Shown: positions 7,189-15,200 of the stretch, one piece after another
Layout: the number at the start of each line of letters is the position of its first letter
Numbering within the stretch: position 1 is the first letter of the stretch
Origin: a virus
Taxonomy: Duplodnaviria > Heunggongvirae > Uroviricota > Caudoviricetes
Virus record (IMG/VR): IMGVR_UViG_3300012275_000005
Reading direction: 5' to 3' (one strand)
DNA: 16,164 nt
Translations under genes and position numbers: made by a program
The notes under the pieces: generated by a model
What the model was told of the DNA's origin: nothing
Database searches by the model: none
What the model saw: only the letters and a program-made list of their open reading frames with translations

Positions 7189-7839
7189 ATGCAGACGAAA
7201 CAACGTCTTGATGTACCGCTGAGTCTGAAATCTGTCAGTGACTCCGGTGAGTTTGAAGGGTATGGCTCCGTCTTTGGTGTAAAGGACAGCCACGATGATG
7301 TGGTGATGTCCGGGGCATTTGCTGCTTCCCTGCGGGCGTGGAGTGACAGAAAAGCGTTACCTGCGCTGCTCTGGCAGCACCGCATGGATGAACCCATCGG
7401 TGTTTACACCGAAATGAAGGAAGACGATGTCGGGCTTTACGTCAGGGGGCGGTTGCTCATTGATGATGATCCCCTGGCAAAACGCGCACATGCACACATG
7501 AAGGCCGGTTCGTTAACCGGCCTTTCTATTGGGTACTTCCTGAAGGACTGGGAATACGACCGGACGAAAGAAGCCTTTCTGCTGAAAGAAATCGACCTCT
7601 GGGAAGTCAGTCTGGTGACGTTCCCGTCTAACGACGAGGCACGGATCAGCGACGTCAAGAACGCGCTGGCCCGCGGGGAAATCCCCGAACAGAAAAAAAT
7701 CGAAAGAGTCCTGCGTGATGTCGGACTCTCCCGTACCCAGGCCAAAGCATTCATGGCCGGGGGCTATAGCGCACTGTCCCTGCGCGACGCTGAGGATGTG
7801 AGCTCTGCACTGAATGCACTGAAAAATCTGAACTTCTAA
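7189..7839 (+). CDS. prohead protease (HK97 family)
   Basis: MQTKQRLDV…FEGYGSVFGVKDSHDDVVMSGAFAASL… motif typical of HK97-type prohead proteases; RBS AAGGA 6 nt upstream of ATG 7189. The track ORF starts at 7153 in the same frame; I prefer 7189. Confidence 0.8.
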   Translation: MQTKQRLDVPLSLKSVSDSGEFEGYGSVFGVKDSHDDVVMSGAFAASLRAWSDRKALPALLWQHRMDEPIGVYTEMKEDDVGLYVRGRLLIDDDPLAKRAHAHMKAGSLTGLSIGYFLKDWEYDRTKEAFLLKEIDLWEVSLVTFPSNDEARISDVKNALARGEIPEQKKIERVLRDVGLSRTQAKAFMAGGYSALSLRDAEDVSSALNALKNLNF

Positions 7840-7853
7840 TCAGGAGAAATACG

Positions 7854-9059
7854 ATGGCGGTAGATATTAAAGATGTCGAACAGGTCGCGCAGGAGCTGCA
7901 GCAGAAGTTTGACGACTTCAAAGCAAAGAACGACAAGCGCGTGGATGCGATTGAGCAGGAAAAAGGCAAACTTGCCGGGCAGGTGGAAACCCTGAACGGA
8001 AAACTCAGCGAGCTGGAAAATCTCAAAAGCGACCTTGAAAAAGAGCTGCTTGAGCTGAAACGTCCGGCAGGTGGTGCGCAGAATAAACTGGCCACCGAGC
8101 ATAAAGAAGCGTTTGTGGGCTTCCTGCGTAAAGGCCGTGAAGATGGTCTGCGCGATCTGGAGCGCAAGGCATTACAGGTGGGCACCGATGAAGACGGTGG
8201 CTATGCCGTGCCGGAAGCGCTGGATCGCAACATTCTGACCTTGCTGAAAGATGAAGTGGTGATGCGCCAGGAAGCCACGGTGATCACCGTTGGCGGTTCC
8301 GACTACAAAAAACTTGTGAATCTGGGCGGCACGGCTTCCGGATGGGTTGGCGAGACTGACGCGCGCTCCCAGACTGCCACCTCAAAACTGGGCCTGATTG
8401 AACCTTTCATGGGGGAAATCTACGGTAACCCGCAGGCCACCCAGAAAATGCTGGATGATGCCTTTTTCAACGTGGAGGCCTGGATCAACAGCGAGCTGGC
8501 AACCGAATTTGCCGAACAGGAAGAAATTGCCTTTACCACCGGCGATGGTACCAAGAAGCCGAAAGGGTTCCTGGCGTATGAGTCCACGGATGAAACAGAC
8601 AAGGTCCGGGCGTTCGGCAAACTTCAGCATATTGTATCCGGCGAAGCGACGGCGGTGACCGCAGATGCCATTATCAAACTGATTTACACGCTGCGTAAGG
8701 CACACCGCACTGGCGCGAAGTTCATGATGAACAACAACAGTCTGTTTGCCATCCGTCTGCTGAAAGACAGTGAGGGTAACTATCTGTGGCGTCCGGGGCT
8801 GGAGCTGGGGCAGCCGTCCTCTCTGGCGGGTTACGGTATCGCTGAAAACGAACAGATGCCGGATATCGCCGCTGATGCGAAAGCCATTGCATTTGGTAAC
8901 TTCAAACGGGGTTACACCATCGTTGACCGTATCGGTACCCGCATTCTGCGTGACCCGTACACCAATAAACCGTTTGTCGGTTTTTATACCACCAAGCGCA
9001 CCGGCGGGATGCTGGTCGATTCGCAGGCCATCAAACTGCTGAAGATTGCAGCGGCGTAA
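7854..9059 (+). CDS. major capsid protein (HK97 fold) with N-terminal delta/scaffold domain
   Basis: 401 aa; the first ~100 aa are a charged coiled-coil-like segment (…QELQQKFDDFKAKNDKRVDAIEQEKGKLAGQVETLNGKLSELENLKSDLEKELLELK…) as in HK97 gp5 delta domain; strong RBS AGGAG; follows the protease. Confidence 0.9.
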   Translation: MAVDIKDVEQVAQELQQKFDDFKAKNDKRVDAIEQEKGKLAGQVETLNGKLSELENLKSDLEKELLELKRPAGGAQNKLATEHKEAFVGFLRKGREDGLRDLERKALQVGTDEDGGYAVPEALDRNILTLLKDEVVMRQEATVITVGGSDYKKLVNLGGTASGWVGETDARSQTATSKLGLIEPFMGEIYGNPQATQKMLDDAFFNVEAWINSELATEFAEQEEIAFTTGDGTKKPKGFLAYESTDETDKVRAFGKLQHIVSGEATAVTADAIIKLIYTLRKAHRTGAKFMMNNNSLFAIRLLKDSEGNYLWRPGLELGQPSSLAGYGIAENEQMPDIAADAKAIAFGNFKRGYTIVDRIGTRILRDPYTNKPFVGFYTTKRTGGMLVDSQAIKLLKIAAA

Positions 9060-9066
9060 TCACTCA

Positions 9067-9086
9067 GGGGCGCGGAACCGCGCCCC
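9067..9086 (+). terminator. GC-rich hairpin (GGGGCGCG-GAAC-CGCGCCCC) immediately after the capsid gene; weak U-tract
   Basis: Perfect 8-9 bp GC stem located 8 nt after the MCP stop; followed by TGTT only, so at best a partial terminator or an mRNA 3'-stabilising hairpin. Confidence 0.4.
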
Positions 9087-9107
9087 TGTTCTGACGGGTG
9101 AAGAATC

Positions 9108-9296
9108 ATGATCCTGAAACAAGATCTGAAATGGTCACCGGACGGTATGCGTGTTGAGATTATTCGGGCCGGTGAGTATGAAGATAAAGAATTACCCGAA
9201 CGGGTACGCGAAATTGCCACTGCAGCTGGGATTGTCTCTGATAAGAGAACACCTGTTGCGCGGGGGGCTGATAAGTCTAAAAAACAGCATTCATAG
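9108..9296 (+). CDS. hypothetical protein (62 aa)
   Basis: ORF between the capsid and connector genes, hydrophilic and charged; no recognisable motif. Confidence 0.35.
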   Translation: MILKQDLKWSPDGMRVEIIRAGEYEDKELPERVREIATAAGIVSDKRTPVARGADKSKKQHS

Positions 9297-9307
9297 AGGT
9301 TGCCCAA

Positions 9308-9613
9308 ATGATGCCCACTCTGGAAGAGCTTCGTGTTCAGTGCCGGATTGATGATGACAATGAACAGGAGAATTCTCTTCTTATGATGTATCTGGCTGCT
9401 GCCAGGGAAGAGGCTGAAAAGTTTTTAAACCGGACGCTTTACGATGAAACTGTTTCTGAGCAGGATACGACCGGGCTTGTAATAACACCTCTGATAAAAC
9501 TGCGTCTTATGCAACTGGTTGGCTACTGGTACGAGAACAGGGAAATGCAGGATGCAGTGCCTGATTTTTTCTATACCGGACTGCGGATGTATCGATTTCA
9601 TCCCGGAACATAG
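9308..9613 (+). CDS. head-tail connector/adaptor protein (HK97 gp6-like)
   Basis: 101 aa; position immediately after the capsid gene and size typical of gp6-like adaptor proteins; …LMQLVGYWYENRE… region. Confidence 0.65.
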   Translation: MMPTLEELRVQCRIDDDNEQENSLLMMYLAAAREEAEKFLNRTLYDETVSEQDTTGLVITPLIKLRLMQLVGYWYENREMQDAVPDFFYTGLRMYRFHPGT

Positions 9614-9621
9614 GAGGATTC

Positions 9622-9967
9622 ATGCAGGCAGGAAGATTACGTGATCGTGTGGTTATTCTGAATGCCACCACCGTTCGGTCTCCGTCAGGGCACCCTGTGG
9701 AAACAATGACGGAGGGGGCAACCATATGGGCAGAAGTTAAGGGGNNNNNNNNNNAGTGGCAGGGAGAGAATATCCGGAGGCGCAGAAACTGCTCAGGCTA
9801 CAGTGAGGGTCTGGATGAGATTCCGGCGAGATGTAACAGCAACTTCATGTCTGAAAGTGCTGACTGGTGCATTCAAAGGCGCGATTCTGAGTATAGACGG
9901 TCCGCCGATACCGGATGCTCGTGCCACACGGCTTGAGATACTCTGTTCTCAGAAGGGGAATGTGTGA
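9622..9967 (+). CDS. head closure / head-tail joining protein (HK97 gp7-like), interrupted by an N gap and probably a frameshift
   Basis: N-terminus MQAGRLRDRVVILNATTVRSP…IWAEVKG in one frame. After the gap, …VAGREYPEAQKLLRLQ-stop (9756..9806) and …QATVRVWMRFRRDVTATSCLKVLTGAFKGAILSIDGPPIPDARATRLEILCSQKGNV-stop (ending 9967) lie in two different frames. The track translation after the gap (WQGENIRRRRNCSGY…) looks non-protein-like. Confidence 0.6.
9745..9754. other. assembly gap (10 N) inside the head-closure gene
   Basis: Run of N; true length unknown, so the reading frame across it is undefined. Confidence 0.99.
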
Positions 9968-10413
9968 TGGATTTCAGTCTTGATTTTTCAGGTCTGGCGG
10001 ATATTGCACGGGATCTGGAGACGCTCAGCAGGGCAGAAAATAATAAGGTACTGCGCGATGCCACCCGTGCCGGTGCTGAAGTTATGCGGGATGCAGTTGT
10101 TGAACGTGCGCCGGAGCGAACCGGGAAACTGAAGAAAAATGTGGTTGTTCTCACTCAGCGTTCAAAGCGTCGCGGGGAAATTATCTCGGGTGTCCACATT
10201 CGTGGACGGAACCTGCGAACCGGAAACAGTGATAACAGCATGAAAGCCAGTGATCCCCGAAATGCGTTTTACTGGCGCTTTGTGGAGCTGGGAACGATAA
10301 ACATGCCCGCGCATCCATTCATTCGCCCGGCTTTCGATACGACAGAGGAACTGGCAGCACAGATTGCCATACAGCGAATGAATCAGGCTATTGATGAGGT
10401 CTTAAGTAAATGA
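9967..10413 (+). CDS. tail-completion/neck protein (HK97 gp10 family)
   Basis: 148 aa; …FYWRFVELGTINMPAHPFIRPAFD… resembles the HK97 gp10 family signature; ATG overlaps the preceding stop (TGATG). Confidence 0.7.
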   Translation: MDFSLDFSGLADIARDLETLSRAENNKVLRDATRAGAEVMRDAVVERAPERTGKLKKNVVVLTQRSKRRGEIISGVHIRGRNLRTGNSDNSMKASDPRNAFYWRFVELGTINMPAHPFIRPAFDTTEELAAQIAIQRMNQAIDEVLSK

Positions 10414-10754
10414 GAGAGACCACACTGTATTCCCTGCTGTCTCAACTGGCCGGAGGACAGGTTTATCCTTATGTGGTCCCGCTGACGGAGGGAAAGCCTG
10501 CGGTATCTCCGCCATGGCTGGTATTTTCTGTGGTGTCTGACACTGCGTCTGATGTGCTTGATGGTCAGGCTGAATCCAGAATTACCGTGCAGATCGATGT
10601 CTGGGCAACAGTACCTGATGACGCAGATGATATCCGTGAGCAGGCGCTTGATGCGGTAAGGCAACTTGCACCCTCCGTTATTTCTAAAACTCAGGGTTAT
10701 GATCCTGATTCCCGTCTGAGCAGAGCCACGCTTGAATTTCAGGTAATAGCCTGA
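10410..10754 (+). CDS. tail terminator-like protein (DUF3168-like)
   Basis: 114 aa; position between the gp10-like gene and the major tail gene; ATG overlaps the upstream stop. Confidence 0.5.
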   Translation: MRETTLYSLLSQLAGGQVYPYVVPLTEGKPAVSPPWLVFSVVSDTASDVLDGQAESRITVQIDVWATVPDDADDIREQALDAVRQLAPSVISKTQGYDPDSRLSRATLEFQVIA

Positions 10755-10775
10755 GGTCGTTAATGATTTTACCCA

Positions 10776-10800
10776 CCCGCCGCTGGCGGGTTTTTTATTT
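10776..10800 (+). terminator. intrinsic terminator-like hairpin + T-run upstream of the major tail gene
   Basis: CCCGCC-GCT-GGCGGG followed by TTTTTTATTTT; lies in the 59-nt gap between the terminator-like gene and the major tail RBS. Confidence 0.6.
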
Positions 10801-10813
10801 TCAGGAGACGAGT

Positions 10814-11518
10814 ATGTCCTCTAATTTTGAGCGTTCGCAACTGACGAAAATTATGATTTCGTCTGCACCGGTAACAGCAGAAACCCTGGATTCTGCCAGC
10901 TATCTTGGCCTGAGCTGTACAATCAAAGAGGTGCAGTTTACCGCAGGACAAAAGCAGGATATTGATGTCACCACGCTGTGTTCTGTTGAGCAGGAAAATA
11001 TTAACGGCCTTGGTGCCGCGTCAGAGATTTCCATGTCAGGCAACTTTTACCTCAATGCTGCCCAGAACGCGTTGCGCAGTGCCTATGACAATGACACCAC
11101 GTATGGCTTTAAAGTTATTTTTCCGTCAGGCAACGGATTTACCTTTATGGCAGAGGTGCGTCAGCATACCTGGTCTGCAGGAACTAATGGTGTTGTGGCT
11201 GCAACGTTTTCCCTGCGCCTGAAAGGTAAACCTGTGCTGACGACAGAGCCGCTGAAAGTGAAGGTCGATTTAAACAGCACGCTGCAGGTTTCTGCCGGAG
11301 CGAAACTCGAAATGGTGGTTGAGGCTGCCGGTGGTGTGCCGCCTTATTCTTATGTCTGGAAGAAAGGTAGTTCTCCTGTTTCCGGACAGACGGCGGCAAC
11401 ATTCAGTAAGGCATCAGCAGCATCAGGTGATGCCGGTGCGTATACCTGCGAGATTTCTGATTCAGCAAGCCCTGTTAACAAGGTGACCTCCACTTCCTGC
11501 ACTGTTACCGTCAGTTAA
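10814..11518 (+). CDS. major tail (tube) protein with C-terminal Ig-like domain
   Basis: ATG 10814 preceded by AGGAGA; the track ORF starts earlier at 10763 and would overlap the terminator. C-terminal ~95 aa (…GGVPPYSYVWKKGSSPVSGQTAATFSKASAASGDAGAYTCEISD…) has the Y-x-W…DAGxYTC signature of Ig-like domains. Gene order matches lambda V. Confidence 0.75.
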   Translation: MSSNFERSQLTKIMISSAPVTAETLDSASYLGLSCTIKEVQFTAGQKQDIDVTTLCSVEQENINGLGAASEISMSGNFYLNAAQNALRSAYDNDTTYGFKVIFPSGNGFTFMAEVRQHTWSAGTNGVVAATFSLRLKGKPVLTTEPLKVKVDLNSTLQVSAGAKLEMVVEAAGGVPPYSYVWKKGSSPVSGQTAATFSKASAASGDAGAYTCEISDSASPVNKVTSTSCTVTVS

Positions 11519-11532
11519 TGAGGATAGATGTG

Positions 11533-11904
11533 ATGACTAAAAATATCCGCAATCTGGCACTGGCAACGATGTCGGGGTTTCGCCATAAAACTGTTGATGT
11601 GCCTGAATGGGAAGGGGCAACGGTTGTATTACGGGAACCTTCTGCAGAAGCCTGGTTGCGCTGGCAGGAGATCGTTAAAGCAAAAGATGATGAGACACCG
11701 TTATCCGTTGCGGAGCGCGCCCGCCGAAATCTGGAGGCAGATGTTGAACTGTTCATTGATGTTCTGTGTGATACCGGACTGCAACCTGTATTTTCAGAGG
11801 ATGATCGTGAACAGGTGATTGCCGTGTATGGCCCGGTGCATGCGCGGCTTCTTCGGCAGTCTCTGGAACTGATCAGTGATGCCGGCGAGGTTAAAAAAAA
11901 GTAG
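11533..11904 (+). CDS. tail assembly chaperone (lambda G-like)
   Basis: ATG 11533 with GAGGA 8 nt upstream (alternative ATG 11518); acidic 123-aa protein ending …EVKKK-stop on an A8 run; immediately upstream of the tape measure region. Confidence 0.7.
   Translation: MTKNIRNLALATMSGFRHKTVDVPEWEGATVVLREPSAEAWLRWQEIVKAKDDETPLSVAERARRNLEADVELFIDVLCDTGLQPVFSEDDREQVIAVYGPVHARLLRQSLELISDAGEVKKK
11895..11901 (+). promoter_or_regulatory. -1 programmed ribosomal frameshift slippery heptamer A-AAA-AAG (G/GT type)
   Basis: In the G frame the codons are AAA(11896) AAG(11899) TAG(11902). The -1 frame has a stop at 11892..11894 just before the site and is then open from 11895 through 12206, reading KK-VELPGMRFLMMLAL…. 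Confidence 0.7.
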
Positions 11905-12206
11905 AGCTTCCGGGGATGCGTTTTCTGATGATGCTGGCGCTCAGGATGGGGCGCACATTGTCAGAGTTACGCCGGGAAATGTCCGCATCAGAAATCATGA
12001 TGTGGGCAGAATTTGACAGGTTCAGCCCGCTGGGTGACGAGCGGGCTGATATCCGGGCTGCCCAGATAGTTTCTGCGGTTTACGGTGCGCAGGGTGTCAA
12101 AGTCCCACTGAATGATGCGCTTCTTCAGTGGGAACAAGAGCAGACAGAAGGCGTCTCAGATCCATTTGCCGGACTGGAAAACGCGCTTTTAATAGTGTCT
12201 CAGTGA
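11901..12206 (+). CDS. tail assembly chaperone T-like extension, expressed as a G-T fusion via -1 frameshift
   Basis: -1 frame ORF directly downstream of the slippery site; conserved G/GT arrangement upstream of the tape measure gene. The track lists it from an internal ATG at 11916. Confidence 0.65.
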   Translation, partial: VELPGMRFLMMLALRMGRTLSELRREMSASEIMMWAEFDRFSPLGDERADIRAAQIVSAVYGAQGVKVPLNDALLQWEQEQTEGVSDPFAGLENALLIVSQ

Positions 12207-12214
12207 GTCAACAT

Positions 12215-12236
12215 AACCGCTTCGGCGGTTTTTTTC
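12215..12236 (+). terminator. intrinsic terminator-like hairpin (AACCGC-TTCG-GCGGTT) + T7 run upstream of the tape measure gene
   Basis: Stem CCGC/GCGG with a TTCG tetraloop, followed by TTTTTTT; lies between the T-segment stop (12206) and the tape measure RBS. Confidence 0.6.
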
Positions 12237-12245
12237 GTCCGGAGA

Positions 12246-15200
12246 ATGAGTGTGGCGACATTACGTGAACTGATTATTAAAATCTCGGCAAATTCCCGGT
12301 CATTCCAGTCAGAGATCTCCCGGGCTTCGCGTATGGGGCAGGATTACTACCGTACCATGCAGAACGGAGGCCGGCAGTCCGCTGCTGCATCCCGTGAAAT
12401 GCGGCGTGCACTGGCAGAAGTGACGGATCAGATAAATACAGCTAAATCTTCGGCACTGAATATGGCGGGGGCATTTGCCGGAGCTTTTGCTACCGGTCAT
12501 CTTATTTCTCTCGCCGATGAGTGGAATTCAGTAAATGCCCGTCTGAAGCAGGCTTCACAGTCCAGTGATGATTTTCAGGTATCACAACGTGAATTAATGG
12601 CAATCAGCCAGAGAACGGGAACGGCGTTTTCTGATAACGCCAGCCTTTTTGCCCGCTCTGCAGCTTCCATGCGGGAGTATGGCTACAGTTCTGAGGAGGT
12701 ACTGAAAGTCACCGAGGCGATCTCCACGGGCCTGAAATTATCCGGTGCCAGTACAGCAGAAGCCAGTTCGGTGATCACGCAGTTCAGTCAGGCACTGGCG
12801 CAGGGAGTGCTGCGCGGTGAAGAATTTAACTCTGTGAATGAGAACGGCGATCGTGTTATTCGTGCGCTGGCTGCGGGAATGGGTGTTGCCCGTAAGGATC
12901 TGAAGGCCATGGCGGATAACGGAAAACTGACCGCCGATAAGGTTGTTCCTGCACTGATTAGTCAGCTTGGGGCGTTGCGTGATGAATATGCAGCAATGCC
13001 TGATACTGTTTCATCCTCTGCAACCAAAGTTGAAAACGCCTTTATGGCCTGGGTTGGTGGTGCGAACGAGGCAAGCGGAGTGACAAAGACACTCACCGGG
13101 GTGTTGAATGGTGTTGCAGACAATATTGATACCGTGGCTGCTGCAGCTGGCGCACTGGTTGCCGTCGGGGTAGCCCGATATTTTGGCAATATGGCGTCGT
13201 CTGCTGGATCTGCAACTGCCGGATTAATTACTGCAGCCAGAAACGAAGTGGCTCTTGCTGAAGCGCAACTTCGGGGGACACAGATAGCAACCGCCAGGGC
13301 GCGTGCGGCGGTTTATCGTGCGCAACAGGCGGTTGTTGCTGCTCGCGGTACCGAAAGGCAGGCCGCAGCAGAAGCGAAGCTGACAGCTGCCCAGGCGTCA
13401 CTTACCCGTAATATTGCGGCCAGAACAGCGGCACAGACAACGCTGAATACTGTCACGTCAGTGGGGAGTCGTCTGTTAAGTGGTGCGCTGGGGGTGGTTG
13501 GTGGTGTGCCGGGACTCGTCATGCTGGGGGCGACGGCCTGGTACACGATGTATCAGAATCAGGAGCAGGCCAGAGAATCTGCACGCCAGTATGCCGCAAC
13601 AATCGACGAAATTCGCCAGAAAACGTCGGCAATGTCGCTTCCTGAAGCGTCAGATAATGAGGAAAAGACGCGGCAGGCACTTGATGAACAAAACAGGTTA
13701 ATTGACGAGCAGAAAAGTAAGATTAAATCCTTACAGGAAAAAATTGCTGGCTATCAGTATGTGCTGGCAAACCCGGGCTGGACAACCGATAACGGTTTTA
13801 TGATTAACCACATGACGTCGGTAAAAGCTGTCACAGAAGGGCTTGCAGAAGCAACAAATCAACTGGCAGTTGAACAGTCCCGTCTCACACAAATGCAGGG
13901 CAAAGCGCAATCCATTCAGGATGTGCTTGCCGGGCTGGAGGAGCGACGGGTGGCGTTGATCCGTCAACAGGCCGCGGAACAAAACAAAGCGTATCAGTCC
14001 CTGTTGATCATGAATGGGCAGCATACCGAGTTTAATCGCCTTCTCGGGCTCGGTAATGAATTACTTCAGCAGCGACAGGGGCTGGTGAATGTACCGTTAC
14101 GGCTACCACAGGCAACCCTGGATGATAAACAGCAGACCGCACTGAATAACAGCGAGCGCGAACTGGCTCTGTCCCGCCTGAAGGGGGAAGCCCGTGAGCG
14201 TGCCCGCCTGGGTTATGCTGCGGATGATCTCGGCTTTGTGGGAGAGGCGTATCAGACAGCCAGACAGAATTATATCAATAACTCACTGGATGCCTGGCGA
14301 AATAATCAGGCAAATAAACCCAAAGCGCATAAAAAGACCGAAGCGGAAAAAACAGAAGATATTTATAAACGGCTGATTAAACAGCAAAAAGAACAAATAG
14401 CACTGGCAGGGCAGAATACTGAACTGGCTAAGATGAAATATCAGGTCAGTCAGGGCGAATTATCAACCCTGTCAGAAGCGCAGAAAAAAACGCTTTTGCA
14501 GAATGCAGCACTCATTGACCAGAAAAAGATTCGTGAGCAGCTTGCTGCGTATGAGAGCAGTCTGGCGGACAGTAATGCCAGTGCCCGGGCATCTGACGAA
14601 GCGCAGTTGCTGGGATATGGTGAAGGCTCACGGATGCGTGAACGACTCCAGGAAATGTGGAGTATCCGGCAGGCGTTTGAGCAGAAAAATAACGAGCTGC
14701 TGAGACAGTATCAGGCCGGAGAAATTGAAGAAGCCCTGTGGAAACAGGAGAAAGAACTGAATAAAAAATATCTGGAAGAGCGTCTCAGTGATCAGCAGGA
14801 TTATTATGCAAAGGCCGATGCTTTACGTAATAACTGGAATGCCGGACTCCAGGAGGGACTGACCAACTGGGCAGACAGTGCCACCGATTATGCTTCACAG
14901 GCGGCAGATGCTGTCGTTTCCACGATGGACGGGCTGGTATCAAATATTTCCGATGCACTGGCCGGGAATGTTGTGGACTGGAGGAACTGGGGGAGTTCAG
15001 TTCTCCGGGAAGTTTCAAAAATTCTGATGAATGCAGCCATTGTTAACGGACTGAAATCACTCTCCGGTGCCGGAGGGTGGCTTGGTACGGTCGGCGGATG
15101 GATTTCGGGGGCAGTGGCAAACGCAAAAGGTGGTGTTTACACATCGGCAAATCTGAGTGCTTACAGTAACACTATTGTGGATACACCGACGTATTTTGCT

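Noticed and set aside
7026-9307. Antisense and alternative-frame ORFs over protease and capsid genes (7026..7397-, 7437..7754-, 7751..8185- 144 aa, 8382..8705-, 8984..9307-)
   Set aside because: Serine/arginine-rich low-complexity translations typical of the antisense of GC-rich coding DNA; they overlap confident structural genes.
10763-11518. Track start at 10763 for the major tail protein (MILPTRRWRVFYFQETS…)
   Set aside because: That N-terminal extension would be translated from the terminator hairpin and T-run; ATG 10814 has a proper AGGAGA RBS and gives a sensible N-terminus.
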